DNA of 63,719 nt, counting the filler, from Hausera hauseri (Eukaryota): assembly GCA_046269625.1 (NCBI GenBank). It is 12 parts of 12 records of this genome, joined end to end, with 100 filler letters (N's around TTAATTAATTAA, not from the genome) between each part and the next. Parts side by side here need not be neighbours in the genome. Positions count along the whole stretch, not along the records: positions 24,795 to 30,102 come from JBJURY010284059.1; positions 30,203 to 37,007 come from JBJURY010063773.1; positions 37,108 to 41,395 come from JBJURY010654663.1; 9 more parts are not named here. One strand, 5' to 3'. Position numbers and translations under genes: made by a program. The notes below the pieces were generated by a model, which saw only the letters and a program-made list of their open reading frames with translations, searched no databases and was not told where the DNA came from. Positions 25,939 through 39,029 of the stretch are shown here, piece by piece (the stretch's first letter is position 1; each line of letters begins with the position of its first letter).

Positions 25939-28067
25939 GGTACAACGTCTTCTTGACTGCCATTTCAATCGAAATCGAAGAATAAAAATGTACTGTGGTC
26001 AACCGATGCTTCTCTCCATCCTGGTCATAAGATGTCGAATGTTAGTTTGATCGTCTTACTCATCTTTATGTCAGCCTGTAACTCTAATCACTCATGAACT
26101 TGACATTTAATCATCATCGAATCAATTTCAATCGACTAGTGTGTTTTTCAAGAAATGTTTATGATTATTGGTGTAAATTACGTAAGAAAACTGTTCATAA
26201 AGTTCCCGAACNNNNNNNNNNNNNNNNNNNNNNNNNNNNNNNNNNNNNNNNNNNNNNNNNNNNNNNNNNNNNNNNNNNNNNNNNNNNNNNNNNNNNNNNN
26301 NNNNNNNNNNNCTTTACAACAGCCTGTCATTGCAATGTTCAGTAGATATTATCCAGTTATCGGTAAGTTGACAGCCGCTAACTCTTTTTGTATATTTGCT
26401 ATCAAAATTCTCTTCTGCATTTCGTTTGGGCTGTTGTAAAAATGATCTCCTATCGAATTTTGTTCTCGATTAAAATGTTCACCTTTGCAGATTGTCGAAA
26501 AGCCGAATACCATGAAACAGATGAGTAAGACAGGAGAATTTGCGCTCTCAGTAAGATTTAATTTCGAAGGGAAACTCCCAAAAATGCCAATCCTTACCTC
26601 GAATGTTCTAAAATTGATCCACAACTGAATAGTTCATGTGTCCTTGACGTCTTGCGAGCTGCTGAAGCTTGACTTCATCACCCCGAGGCCGAGACGGCCG
26701 TTCCGTCATCGTCAGCTACCCTCGATACAATAGGTCCCCATTGGTTATTTACAACTCAACAAGGTTATGATGTAAGAATAAAAGCAAACCATCATATTTA
26801 TTGTTGCTAAATTTTATTTCAAAACAAAAACCTGTACAACGCGTATGAGCGGTTTTATTTACTTATCATTTAATATATTTTAAGTGGCTCAATTCATTCA
26901 AATATGGTCGACAGTCATCCTTGAAAAATTTAATAGAATCTTAAATTGGGAAAATTAATGGGTGATTCAATCAGGTCCCAACGCCATCAAATTGTTCGCT
27001 AATATTTCAACTCATTTGGCCAGTATTCCTCGGCAGTTCAGCACCGCGTCTATAGATTATTCGGGAGCTTATTCCACAAGGGTTTGACTTGCTTGTCGTT
27101 AAAGACTCAAATTAGTCGGCTGGCCATTCTATAAATAATTTAATAAGGTTCTTACAACTAGCATTAATGTTGTTGTCATCGATTATGTTTCTTCATGAGT
27201 TCTTGGTCAGAGTTCTCATGTTCGTTTGATAATAGTTCGTCGCAATATAGTTCCACCTATTATTCATACTAATCAGTTACTTCGTTTGATTTGTTTCAAC
27301 TTTCTCTTTTCGAAACGGAAAATGAATCTGATTTATAAGGATTATTAATTTCAACTGTAATAATCTATTCCGTAGACTGGAATGGTGTCATTAAGAAAAG
27401 ACTCTTTACAGTGTAAAAGTTACTGTTCAGTCTACTTCGATTATCCGGTAAAGGTCTTCTTAGAACTTTTCCGAAAATCCAAGTCGCAAGTTTAGTAGGG
27501 TAAAAATTTCGTTTTTTATGGTACAACATCTTGACTGCCATTTCAATCGAAATCGAAGAATAAAGACGTAGGGCTGTCAACGGATGCTTCTCTCCATCCT
27601 GGTCATAAGATGTCGAATGTTAGTTTGATCGCCTTACTCATCTTTATGCCAGTCTGTAACTCTAATCACTCACGAACTTGACATCTAATCATCACCGAAT
27701 AAATTTCAATCGACTAGTGTGTTTTTCAAGAAATGTTTGTGATGATTGGTGTAAGTTACGTAAGAAAACTGTTCATAAAGTTCCCGAACCTTTACAACAG
27801 CCTGTCATTGCAATGTTCAGTAGATATTATCCAGTTATCGGTAAGTTGACAGCCGCTAACTCTTTTGTATATTTGGTATCAAAATTCTCTTCTGCATTTC
27901 ATTTGGAGTGTTGTAAAAATGATCTCCTATCGTATTTTGTTCTCGATTAAAATGTTCGCCTTTTCAGATTGTCGAAAAGCCGAATACCCATGAAACAGAT
28001 GAGTAAAACAGGAGAATTTGCGCTCTCAGTAAGACTTAATTTCGAAGGGAAACTCCCAAAAATGTCA
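25939..28067 (+). repeat. Direct duplication of ~550 bp (25939-26590 and 27520-28067)
   Basis: Near-identical blocks run from GGTACAAC..TCTTGACTGCC to CTCCCAAAAATG. Confidence 0.9.
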
Positions 28068-28394
28068 ATTTAATCTGGGTAAGAAACGAAGTTGTTTATG
28101 AGTAAACTAAAAGAGGTAAACCAGAAGAACATAATCTTTATAAAAATGATAAGTTTTGTGTCGGTTATTATTGCTCATCATGGCGAAATTGTAAGGAGAG
28201 CAAAATGTTTAATGGATAAATCAGCTGATGTTTGAAATTGACATAGAATGCACGAGGGAAAGTATTGAGAATTGGTGTTATAAATAGTGCATAGAGTACG
28301 TAAATAGTTGAGATGTTATGCATGCAGCGAGAATTATTCGCGAATTATTTATTCACTAATCACAGCCAATCCGATTGGCGAATCAATCGCCGCA

Positions 28395-29229
28395 TTACTG
28401 CGGCGGCACGACCCTGCACCGCAGTACAATGCTGTCATCCTTGTAGACAGTTGGTTCATCGAGTAATTCATCCCATTCAATAAAATCCACACTGCCGTAA
28501 CCGACATTCGTCTCGCTCGTCGGACGAGAGAAAACAAATTTATTCTCATTCGGTGTCGACGAAATGTCATACGTCACCGTACAATGGGACATGTCATCAT
28601 GTCCCTGCACCATCAAGCTAATTTCAATCGGCAATCGACACGGCCAGTCCAGTAGATCATCGAACGATCCACGCAACAACGCAAATCCGATACTGACGTG
28701 CGTTCCGCGCCAATCGTTCAGTCCATTCGGCATGACCTGCAATGCCAGTTTGTATCCTCTGTCGTGCGAGAAAAATGCATCGCTGGACAAGATTTCGTTG
28801 TCGTTACCATCCTGTTGGGCTGCTGCGCGTTTTTTCTCGCTGATGTTTTCCACACGCCACCAAAATCCGCTGTCCGTCGCAACGGCGAGACTCACCGGGT
28901 CGAATTGCGGTGACTCGTCAAGGTGCTCGGCAATTGTAGATGTAGTGATCGTGCTTATTGGCATTATAGCACCTTCTTTTTGCAGTAGACCACCAGAATA
29001 CAGTCGCAACGGCATGTCGATGCTACGACGGCCACGCATGAGACTGCCACGACGCATTAACAAACTGATCTGGTTCCTAATTGTCACTAATGTCTCAACA
29101 ATCAGCCGCCCATGACTCATCCCCTCTGATGCAATGTGAGCATTCGTGTCGGCCGGTGTAGGTCCCTCAAACTGACACCCAATTTCTGCGTATGGGCATT
29201 TCACTGCCTTGTTGTCATCTGATATTTGC
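28395..29229 (-). CDS. TRAF-family protein, last exon (TRAF zinc-finger remnant plus MATH domain)
   Basis: CPYAEIGCQF; FWWRVENIS..SDAFFSHDRGYKLALQVMPNG..GTHVSIGFALLRGSFDDLLDWP..GYGSVDFI..YKDDSIVLRC. Acceptor cag at 29230-29232. Confidence 0.92.
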
Positions 29230-30204
29230 CTGAGTCAGCAAATAATTCATTTCAATATTTGACATATTTTAAGGTAATAAATAAAATTTCTAATATCATA
29301 AAAATTCACTTTCTAGAATAATTTTACCTAATCGGAAAATAAATTTTCAACGTCTAACAAAAAGAAATATTCGGGAATCTTGAATAATCGCTAAATTAAA
29401 ATAATTTTATTCAATAAGCTTAAACAAATAATAATTTAAAGTTTTCAGAGCACTTGTTTTATATCTGAAATGACGTGTAGATAGAAAAGTACATCTTCAT
29501 TAACTAAGTTACCATTGTTTTGCATGCTTGTATTTTAAAAATGTATCAATGCGTTATCATTAATTTGCTGAACTTCAAAATATTACATATTCCACGTAAA
29601 GATGGTTTTTTAAAATGAAATTTTTTCATGTTTCGGATCATGATAATTTGGTATCGACCACAGAATCTTGTAGCCCAGAATCTTTTCTACAAAATACAAA
29701 AAACTTTTGGTCGAAAATTGCATATTTCAGTAGATATAATTTGCATAATTTTCCACCTTCATTGTTCAGCTGAGTGAATGTTCGACGATATAATTACCAA
29801 AATTTTGAAATTCGAAAGGAATATTTCTGCATAAAACGTATTTCGGAAACCTTACACAGTGCATTTGAATGGGAATTTGTGCTATACATCAAATTTCATA
29901 TATCAAATCCATGCTATATTTTATATTTCATACATATTGTGTATTTCGTCTTGTTTTCGCATATCTGACATCATACCGGATTCTCCATATGTAGTTTCCT
30001 ACCTGTCCCAGCTTAAAGATTTTATCATTTTTGTATCCTTTCCCTTCAAATTCACAGTTAATTAATACACACAATCAAGTACCGTGGAATTATATATAGA
30101 TANNNNNNNNNNNNNNNNNNNNNNNNNNNNNNNNNNNNNNNNNNNNTTAATTAATTAANNNNNNNNNNNNNNNNNNNNNNNNNNNNNNNNNNNNNNNNNN
30201 NNGT

Positions 30205-32399
30205 TCACGTTTTTAAACAGTATCGGCAGTACTTGTGGATAGAGTCTTTATTATCCAATACCATGAATCCGTGGTGGAGATTGGCATCACAAAGAGGATA
30301 CTCTTCTTTTTCTCCTCCACCTATGTATACGAGGTTTTCGTAAACTTCTATTCGTTCAAATACTAATCCTTTTTTATCTTGATATAGGTATTCATATAGT
30401 CGTTTTTGTTTTGGATCAATAGAGCTTTTCTTTGGGTCATATGACACGGTGACTAACGTCCATTCGACGATTTCTTGTTGGTCTAGGTCTGGTATCCCGG
30501 TTTTCTTATATTGCCTTTTTAATTGTATTAGGACTTGGGTATTTACCGGAATGGTTAGTCTATTGGTACCGTTTTTGGACTGGAATATTGGGACTAAGTA
30601 TTTGCCAATGATCTTGTCCTCCCGGGCGTATCCGTTTTCACTTACGATTATCCGAGGAACACTGGATACGTAAAATATGGCTTCCTTGATCTTACCTTTG
30701 CTATAATATTCAGCCATAACGAGCATTCTGGTATATTCCTTTGCTTCGCCAAATTCTGTGACTACAATTGGTTTGTATTCTTCCTAATTTTTTCGGAGAA
30801 CGTTTACTTCTGTCTTGAGCGACTTTGAACCGGTAGTTTTCAAACTACTTTTGTCGGAATTTCCGATTTCTTCTTTTTTTGTTTCTCCTTAGATCCGTTT
30901 GCTTGTTCACTCAGTGTGCGGCGACCAACATAGTGTTTTAGTTCTTCGCACTGTTTTTTACTAGTTTTACTTCTCTTCTTGCTAATACACTACAAGAAGG
31001 AAGTTTTCGTCTTTTGTTCTCTCGGAATTTCTCTAACGCTCGATTTCAGACATTCTGACATTCTGTTAGAGACCATACCCTTTTCCGTCTGGGCTTGGCT
31101 GGTTGATGGTTTTTGTTGGCTGCTGGTTGTCTCTGCTGGGCTGTTATAAACAGTCACTTAAAATCTGTAATGCCCTTGGGGTTCAATTTGTCTATATATT
31201 GGGTATTAGCTGAGACCCTTTCCGAATTTTTGTATCAAAATTCTTGGGTTGTTGTCGGATATCACATTCTGTGTAGGGTTTCTAGGTTTCCACTCATGTT
31301 TCCATCGTAATGCGACATAAATATCCTTTATAAGCCTCGTTCTTTGACTTGCTGATATAAATTTAGGAAATTTGAATCGTTCACCACTCATGGCTTCTAG
31401 CATCATTTTGAACTGTGATTCACGTGATGCTGACGGAAAAAGACATTCTCTTTTCCTCATAAAGGTGCTTTCTACTTGACTTACAACCGCTGGATTTCGA
31501 CTCAGTTTACAAATTCCGACTATATACTCCTGTCTAATTTCCAGTCTTTCTAACATTTCGTGCACTCGGAATCAGGTTACAATACATCCATATAAGCAAT
31601 GGTTTATATCTTCCTGGACTTCTATAAAATCTTTCCGTTTTTCGAGTTGTACTTTCGTAATTCCGGTAACATCGTGGAAAGTATCCGTCATTCTGACTCT
31701 AGGCGCAATCGTTTTGTTTATAATTTCTTCACCGTTCGTACTTCGGACAGAGACTTCGATTGGGGTATACCACCCGTCATCCTTTTCCCCATAATTTACG
31801 GCTAAAATTCGAGTGTTCTTGCCATCTGGAACTAGCCTATAAGACTATCCATTTTGTGCTGTCTCATCCTCCGAAGGTTTTTGTGTGCATATTAATGGTG
31901 GGAGTCGTTTCATTACTTCCGTCCTCCAGGTCATTTCGAACATGAGCTTGGTTGGGAGTTCTGTGATTCTGAATTCCAGAGCATAGTTCACAAGACTATA
32001 GCAACATAGCTCATAAGTGCTAAATTTCCACAGTAGCCCCTTTTGTGTGCTCCAGGATTGTCCTACGATCCTGTATTGAATTTCTCCATCAGCGACATAC
32101 ATGTACAATTGCTGATGCGTTGGTTCATATGGAATCATATCTCTCAACAGGTAGGCCCGTGCATCCTTGGGACTTCGCATTGCATATAGTCAAATCAGTC
32201 GATTTTTTTTAAACCCCATTTCAACACATTTGGTATTTTACTTTCCTGATTGATTTCGATATAAGTTTTTTTTTAGATTCTCCCAAATTTGGCGATATAA
32301 GCTTTTAGATAGTGGCTTGAGGACTGTTACATGTTGTTGCAGGAAGTCGTCGATGTCATATCCGGAGCTGGTTGCTGAATTCTTCTTCTTTTTGGCCAT
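30205..32399 (-). pseudogene. Second copy of the exonuclease-like/RING accessory ORF
   Basis: Alignable with 8990-11135. Reads ILAVNYGE..EVSVRSTNGEEIINKTIAPRVRMTDTFHDVTGITKVQLEKRKDFIEVQE. ORF 30205-30726 links the pre-RING domain to the RING in one frame. Confidence 0.85.
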
Positions 32400-32499
32400 A
32401 CTTACTCTGCCAAAATAAAAATAAAGGTCAGTCCTAAGACGGATATTCGTTTTGAAACAAAACATTTTATCTGCCTGATAAGAGGATAACCTGATCAGT

Positions 32500-33400
32500 A
32501 ATTGTCAAGTTATGCTATCATAAAGTTCGTCTCGGCGCCCTTTTACCCGCTTATCTCCCTTTCGATTTCCATCGCGTTTATTACAATTTTTGGAACTAGA
32601 AAAATCATCGCCGTTAATGTGACAAGAACGAAACTGGACAAACTAAATGTAGCTATTATCGGTTTCCAACGGAATTTACTTTTCGACGCTTGTCCGAAAG
32701 CTCCAACACTTCCTGGGTAGGTTGTGGGAGACGGATATAATTGTTTCCTTAGGAGTTGTGGTACTGAGTCATATTTTATCAGTGATATTTCGGATCCTGT
32801 GTCTATCAGCGCATACACCGCCCACTCTTCTAATTGAATTTTTGCGAAAGGCCTACCTTCGGTTACCGTACCGTAATAACTTGGTGCTAGTCGGGCGTGT
32901 CTTATCGTGGACACTTTGTAGCCGTTGATGGTAACTTCAGTGGTTCCAACTGGCTGATCGATTAATTGTCTTAACTCTCCAATTGGGTATAGTTCGTTAT
33001 TCGCACCATTCGCGTTTTCTATTTCCTGTTTTCTAACTGGCGGCTGGATTTCTTGGTTTCTGAGATGGTGTGTTTCGCGGTTTCAGGTAAATGTTGACTG
33101 CCTTTCGTTCGGTCTAGGTTTTCTAGGTGAATAAATTATACCGTAATCGTCGACTGCTGAGCGACGATGTGGGGCAGCCGTTCTTTCCGTTCCGTGTTTT
33201 CTTCCTTCGTAAGGATCCTCTAGACTAAACGGTTTTCGATAGACGTCTGTTTGGCACGAACTCAGATTGTTTCTTGCAATCTTCATATACAGGTACCATC
33301 GGCGGCAGTATCGGCAACGGTAATTTCGTAACAGAGTAGTTTTTGTGCCTGTTCGACTGGGAAATAGCGTATACTCCCTTAGGCTCGTCATCGTCAGAAT
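32500..33400 (-). pseudogene. gag C-terminus (frameshifted zinc knuckle) and aspartic protease, joined by deletion to the membrane-protein TM tail
   Basis: CRYCRRW../..VYEDCK; ALIDTGSEISLI. Junction at ~32663 leads into PIIATFSLSSFVLVTLTAMIFLV, homologous to 11241-11400. Confidence 0.82.
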
Positions 33401-33409
33401 TATTTCTCC

Positions 33410-33975
33410 TTATTTTAGTAACGCTATGGAACATCACCTTCTGTAGGCGCATATCGGTTTCGTAAAAATTTACCATTATGATGTTTGACTCTAATCCTTT
33501 CCCAGTATCGTATTTCGCACCATAACAATGTCCGGTGTGCATGTCTAGTCTTCCTGATGCCAATTTATACACTCTGATTATTTTCCCTTGCTGCATTTCT
33601 AATTCCATGTCTACATATCTTATTCTTCCCATCTCTCTAGCTTGCTTACAATGCTGACATTCTAAATTCATGGGAATTGGTGGGGTTGTTGGCTTGATTA
33701 TTGATGAGTGTCCGTATACCAGTCCACAATGGAAAATACTGCAAAATCGTCGCAACATACATTCTACTCCGTCTAAGGTAACTAGTTCTCGTTGTTGATG
33801 AAACACATAATTTTTCTCTTTTGTTTCTAATTTATCTGGTCTCGCGTCTTCACACACTTCTTAGTTCATTAATGAGTATTTCTGGCCCAGTCTAAATTTG
33901 TCACAGTCATAAACTGTGACTGCGCCTATCTGCCTTATTAGCATCATCATGGTTAAGAAGTTATTTAACCACTTG
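33410..33975 (-). pseudogene. Chuvirus-type (class III, gB-related) glycoprotein N-terminal part
   Basis: Signal-like FLTMMMLIRQIGA, then VYDC..YSL..C..Q..VEC..FHCG..HSS..C..G..ASG..GHCYG, the Cys pattern of chuviral glycoproteins. One in-frame stop; truncated at ~33410. Confidence 0.78.
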
Positions 33976-36661
33976 GACTCGTTTCCTCTATTATTTCCGA
34001 TTATGTTTCGTAGCAAATCTTCAACTCTATTATTGCCAAGGAAAGACGTATTTTGCCGTTCTTCTCTTTCAAACAATTTTGGCCAATTCACTTCTCGCGG
34101 TAGTTTCCTGTCAGCCTTTCTCACCAAGCTAATGGCCTTATTGAATTCGTTTTCTCGGACTGGATTGATTTTAACGGCCAAATATAGAAAAACTTTCCTT
34201 ACCTCCTCTACGGTGTTCTCTGCCATAATTTTCTCGATTACCATTTCATCGCTTAGGGTACTTCTGGATAATTTACACCGAAAACTTTTCATAATTTTGG
34301 CTGCGTTAAATATAGCCTTTTCTTTTTTGTCCAGTATGTTGCCACCGAGACTAGGGTGGTTCACTATTCGTATCAACTTTTCCATGAGTTTCTTCAGTTC
34401 TTCGTCACCGGTGCTGAAGGTTGGTATGGGCATTGGCCTCAGTTCTCTGATTAAGTCTCCACTATAATCAATTTCTTCTCGCATTTTCCGTGGTCTACCG
34501 ACGAAACGCTTCTGTTTTATTACAGTCGGTGCGACCTCACTAGTTGGCGCTAGATTCTTATCGTATTGTGTCTTGTCTTCGTCGCTTTGCAGATATTCAA
34601 AATACATTGCTGCGTTTTGAACTCCTATGGATCGTCCTACCCACTGTTCTGCTCTGGCTTTTTCTTTTGACTCATCGGGAGAAATTGTTACCACTATCCT
34701 GTTTACTTCCTCCGGAATAATTCCGACTTCTATTAATAATTCTAATTCATCTAGTATTCTTCCTCTAAAATAAAGTCTATAGTTAACTCATGGGTGTATC
34801 CATTGCTCTTTATCTATGCTAATACATCTCTCACAATGGATCGAGTAGTAAATTCATGTTCCTTTTCGTCCATCCAGTCAGATGCTATCTTTACTATGAT
34901 CGTCTCCTCTGCCTTTTCCTTCAAGATTTTAGCATATTCTTTAATTAAAATCTTAGGTGCCGCACTATAAATTGTACCTTCGTTGGCTAATTTGGTTAGA
35001 GTGGGGACTAACTGTCTTAATCGAGTTTCGGTGAGGTTTATATTAATTAACTTAGTTAAATCTTTCTCTGTTTGTGCTGAGTCCAAAAGCATTTCCACAT
35101 TGAATTTTTGGTCCAAAGGATATACCTCCGTTCTGCTCAATCGTATGGGAGTTTTCGGTTTTTCAGAAATTATTGCATCTATATATGCCTCCAATTCTGC
35201 TTTGTTCTCATTATCCGGCAGTTGATAGTCCCTTGGTGGTGCATCAGTTGGCCCGTCCACACCTGCAGTCCATATTGTTTTTCTGAGTTCTTGTAGCTTC
35301 TGTTGCATTTGGGCCATTTTCGTTGTCCGGAAACAGCGCCCATTACCAGAAGTTTGGTGTAGCAGGGTTAACAACGAACATAATTCTTTAGCCGGAATCA
35401 GTCATTGTTCTTGATAGTTTGTTAGTTCGGAAGTGACATCTCTTTGCCATCTTTGCACGAATTGTGACTTGTCACCATTTTCTGCTTTTGTATGGACATA
35501 TTTGTTTTTATAGACTTCAAGTTCTTTAGTTAGTTCGTCTAACCTTATCGACCTCTGTTTAGTCTTAATGCAAGTTTCTTCGACTTGCTGTATCTGCTGA
35601 AACAATTGTCTTAATTTCTCGTCGCTAATTACCGCCATTTCCACCATCAGTAGCGCTAATTCATACATATAGTTAATACTTTTTGAATCTGGATCTATCG
35701 CATCTAATAACTTTTTTACAAATTTGATTTCTTCACAGCTAAGGTGGTGGTCGTTCTTTATTCTACTCTGTTCGGTGTGATGCCTTTGATCCATTCCGTC
35801 TGTCCATTCTTGTGGATGGTGTAAGAACTTTATCTTTTCTTAAACGATTGACCGATATTCGGGACAAAAGTACAAGGTTCTAAGGTCTCGGATTGAAATT
35901 TCCGCGATGGGCTTGGCTGTTAAGTACCGTATTACTTTCAGGCGGGCATCTCTCAATCTTGGATAAAAGTCACAAGTTGCGTTCCGTTTTTGTATAAAAG
36001 TTTGTTTCTTCGATCATTTTATACATATCATCCAATATTGTTATTTCTTGTTTTTTCCGATAAAGTCCAATTGACGCAATGCCTCGAATTGGATTTGGAT
36101 GTCAATTTTTGCCTTCATCATATCTAGATTTTGGGCGTATTCTTCTAATTGCTTCTTTACTGTGGGTTCGCTCTCCGGAAATTCGTTTTTCCTACTGGCT
36201 ACTAATTTACTCAACCTTATTGTTACTTTGTACCATTCGTTCAACTGGTTAGCAATTTGTGGATTTGCCAATATTGCTTTGTCCAATATTTTGTGAACGT
36301 CTTCTAGCTCATCATCTGGACCTTTAATAAAACGGATGATCCGACGGGCGTAGTCGAACTTGTCTTTATATTCGTCAAATTTGAGAATACAAGCCATAAT
36401 TATTTTCTGTGTTTTGCCATTATTTTTATGCATAATTCTATTCCTCAGACCATATATCTGCGACCTTTTTTCGGCCTCAATCTTATTACGATTTTCCAGA
36501 CTTGTATATTGTTTTGATGCCGTAGAAGCAACTTTTATCACCTCCATTAAGGGTGGAATGTCTATTGAGTCTATGCCCAACATCTCTAGATCAATTGCAT
36601 CTCGTTCCTTGACCGGTTTTCCCTTGAGTCGTTCGACTAGTGAAAATAGAATTTTATTCAT
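33976..36661 (-). pseudogene. Long uncharacterised helical polyprotein region preceding the glycoprotein
   Basis: ORFs starting at 36661, 35794 and 35374 share one frame. One frameshift leads to ORF 34694, which runs into the glycoprotein. The region is charged and coiled-coil-like, with AT-hook-like KRFVGRPRK. Confidence 0.65.
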
Positions 36662-36689
36662 GACACGCTCTAATTTACTTGCTACTCTA

Positions 36690-37007
36690 AAGGATGTACA
36701 AATATTACAAATTTGTCATATTGATGAACCATTTATACAGGATGTACTAATATTACAAAAATTGTGACATTGATGAACCATTTATGCAGGATGCACCAAT
36801 ATTACAAATATTGTCACGTTCATGAACCACTCATACAGGACCTGCGAATATTACAAAAATTGCCATATTGATAAATCACTTATGCAGGATGTACCAATAT
36901 TATTTACGTTTTCTTATTGATGAACCATTAATACGGAATGTACCAATATTTCAAACATTGTCGTATTGTTGAACCGTTTATGTAGGATGTATCAATATTA
37001 CAAAATT
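36690..37007 (+). repeat. Minisatellite, ~48-bp unit, ~6.5 copies
   Basis: Unit approximately GGATGTACCAATATTACAAAAATTGTCATATTGATGAACCATTTATGCA; runs into the contig end. Confidence 0.9.
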
Positions 37008-37107
37008 NNNNNNNNNNNNNNNNNNNNNNNNNNNNNNNNNNNNNNNNNNNNTTAATTAATTAANNNNNNNNNNNNNNNNNNNNNNNNNNNNNNNNNNNNN
37101 NNNNNNN

Positions 37108-37814
37108 CCCATTGAAATTGAGCTTAATTCTATAGCTGATGCTCATGCATGGGGTTTTCAATTAGTCAATGTACACTCAAAACGTCTACGACTAGGTGGA
37201 CATAGTATAATTGGTGAAAAATTGGACCTTTCATCCAATGCGGAATCCGATATTATAAAGTGAACTAAGTCAGAATCAGTCTTCCAACAATATATTATAC
37301 CACACGATTTATTAATGAAAACGGAACTGGAATTGTGTGAATACGTCAAGAAACGAGTGCATTAGCTGTAAAATCATGGGAAATAAACTCAGATGGTCAT
37401 ATTTCTATTATACTACTTGACAATGTTACATATTTTGCTTTTGATGAATTATTCGCTCGGAATCTGGGCTTTTAAAACACGAATTTTATCAAACCATTGC
37501 TGGGCAATCTATTGTTGCCAAATACAAACCAAAACTCTATGTAGCATTTCACTGAATAAACATTTTAATGGCCTTAACCTAATCCGTACTCGTTGGTAGA
37601 GAAGGTAAACAACTACTGGCTTCTATCGAACTGGATACTGACACGTACAAAACATCGGGTGAAACTGTTCGCGTTAATATGCTCAGACCACCTACCGTTG
37701 TCTCACAATATTGTGCACAGTATTTCCGTGTATATGCTTCATGAATTTTAGGAACCCATTAAATTTCTGTTTGGAGCTAAGACACATTTGATGCCATATT
37801 TTCGTTTTCGATAA
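37108..37814 (+). pseudogene. Polinton/adintovirus penton-like paralog 1 (partial)
   Basis: SVLVGREGKQLLASI..GETV..EPIKFLFGAKTHLMPYFR parallels the C-terminus of the adjacent penton. Confidence 0.6.
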
Positions 37815-37853
37815 TAAACAAACTGCATAATCGTCATTGACATCATTGTGAAT

Positions 37854-38915
37854 ATGAGTATTTACATGGTGTTTCCGAGCAACTGTTTTCCGACGACTCG
37901 TCCGAACAATTTAGCCAGTGAATACGTTGTAGATTGGAACAATCCTTTGGAATTATCTGCTGGAAAATGGGAGGTTGCACTGACGGAATTTAACTTTCCC
38001 TGCGCACCGGCGACATTGAAAAGTAGTATGAAAATAACGCACAACAAGAGTGTTACTGAAACCAATACACATTCTTGTCCTCTGACATTTACTAACAATA
38101 AAATAACATTTGAAGAATAGGCTATTTGCACGACCGAAGCAAATTACGGTTTACACGGCAAAATCGGTGTTTTTATTTTAGATCAAAACTTACATATTAT
38201 GACAGATTTTGAATTTACTGTTACCTTCGAGTCTTCTGAGATTGCGCAGAAATTTGGATTCAAAGATACACAGTACAAAAGGTAAGCATATTAAAAGTGA
38301 ATATGTAGTTAGTCCAAGATTAAGTCCTGTATATTACCAGACAACGGTGAAATTTACCTATATAGCATAAAGGGTGTCAACGTCATACGTATCGATTGGA
38401 GACTATATCTATTCACATCTCTGTCAACACTTTTCTTCAAATCAAATGTACAAGGCGATATTTAAAGTTTTGAGTCAGATGCAAATGGGTACATTAAATT
38501 TGAACTCGCTAAGGATATTGTCGACATTTCATTGGACAAAGCTTGGGTCATGATATTGGGTTTTGAAAAACATCGGTTTGAGATATCGAATACAAAGTCG
38601 AGGCATGTTGCTACACTTAAACACAAACTGAAAACAGGACTAAGTCAAATGTACATTTATGTGAATGTCATTGAACCGATTTTGGTCGGTGGAGTACGTG
38701 TACCGCTACTCCGTGAAATTTATCCGGAAAGCAGCAAGTATACTTCTGGCGACAATGTCACTGTCAAGCTCGATAAACCAATATACCTACCTGTGGCATC
38801 TACATCTATAAACAGTGTTGAAGTGAATATCCGATGTGACGCGGGCTTCCTTATTGAATTTCCGTACGGTACCACAACCTCTCTACCTCTTCATTTCCGT
38901 CCAAACCATGATTGA
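37854..38915 (+). pseudogene. Polinton/adintovirus minor capsid (penton)
   Basis: IYMVFPSN..PNN..LELSAGKWEVALTEFNFP; MYIYVNVIEPILVGGVRVPLLR..YLPV..IEFPYG..LHFR. Confidence 0.88.
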
Positions 38916-39029
38916 TTCCAAAATCATTTCCATTTACAGTAAACCCCAGCAAGGCAGTGAACTGCCATATTTCGTTGGTAAACGGTATGGCTCTGGATGA
39001 TTGCGTACATTGGCACGTTGTATATTTTG

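Noticed and set aside
28564-29115. 183-aa plus-strand ORF (also 33916-34467, 17788-18312, 1712-2026)
   Set aside because: These are antisense shadows of real minus-strand coding sequence.
28395-32399. TRAF gene apparently adjacent to the RING cargo gene
   Set aside because: They are separated by an artificial spacer; adjacency across contigs carries no information.
36690-37007. Possible CRISPR-like array
   Set aside because: It is a degenerate head-to-tail minisatellite without a repeat-spacer structure.
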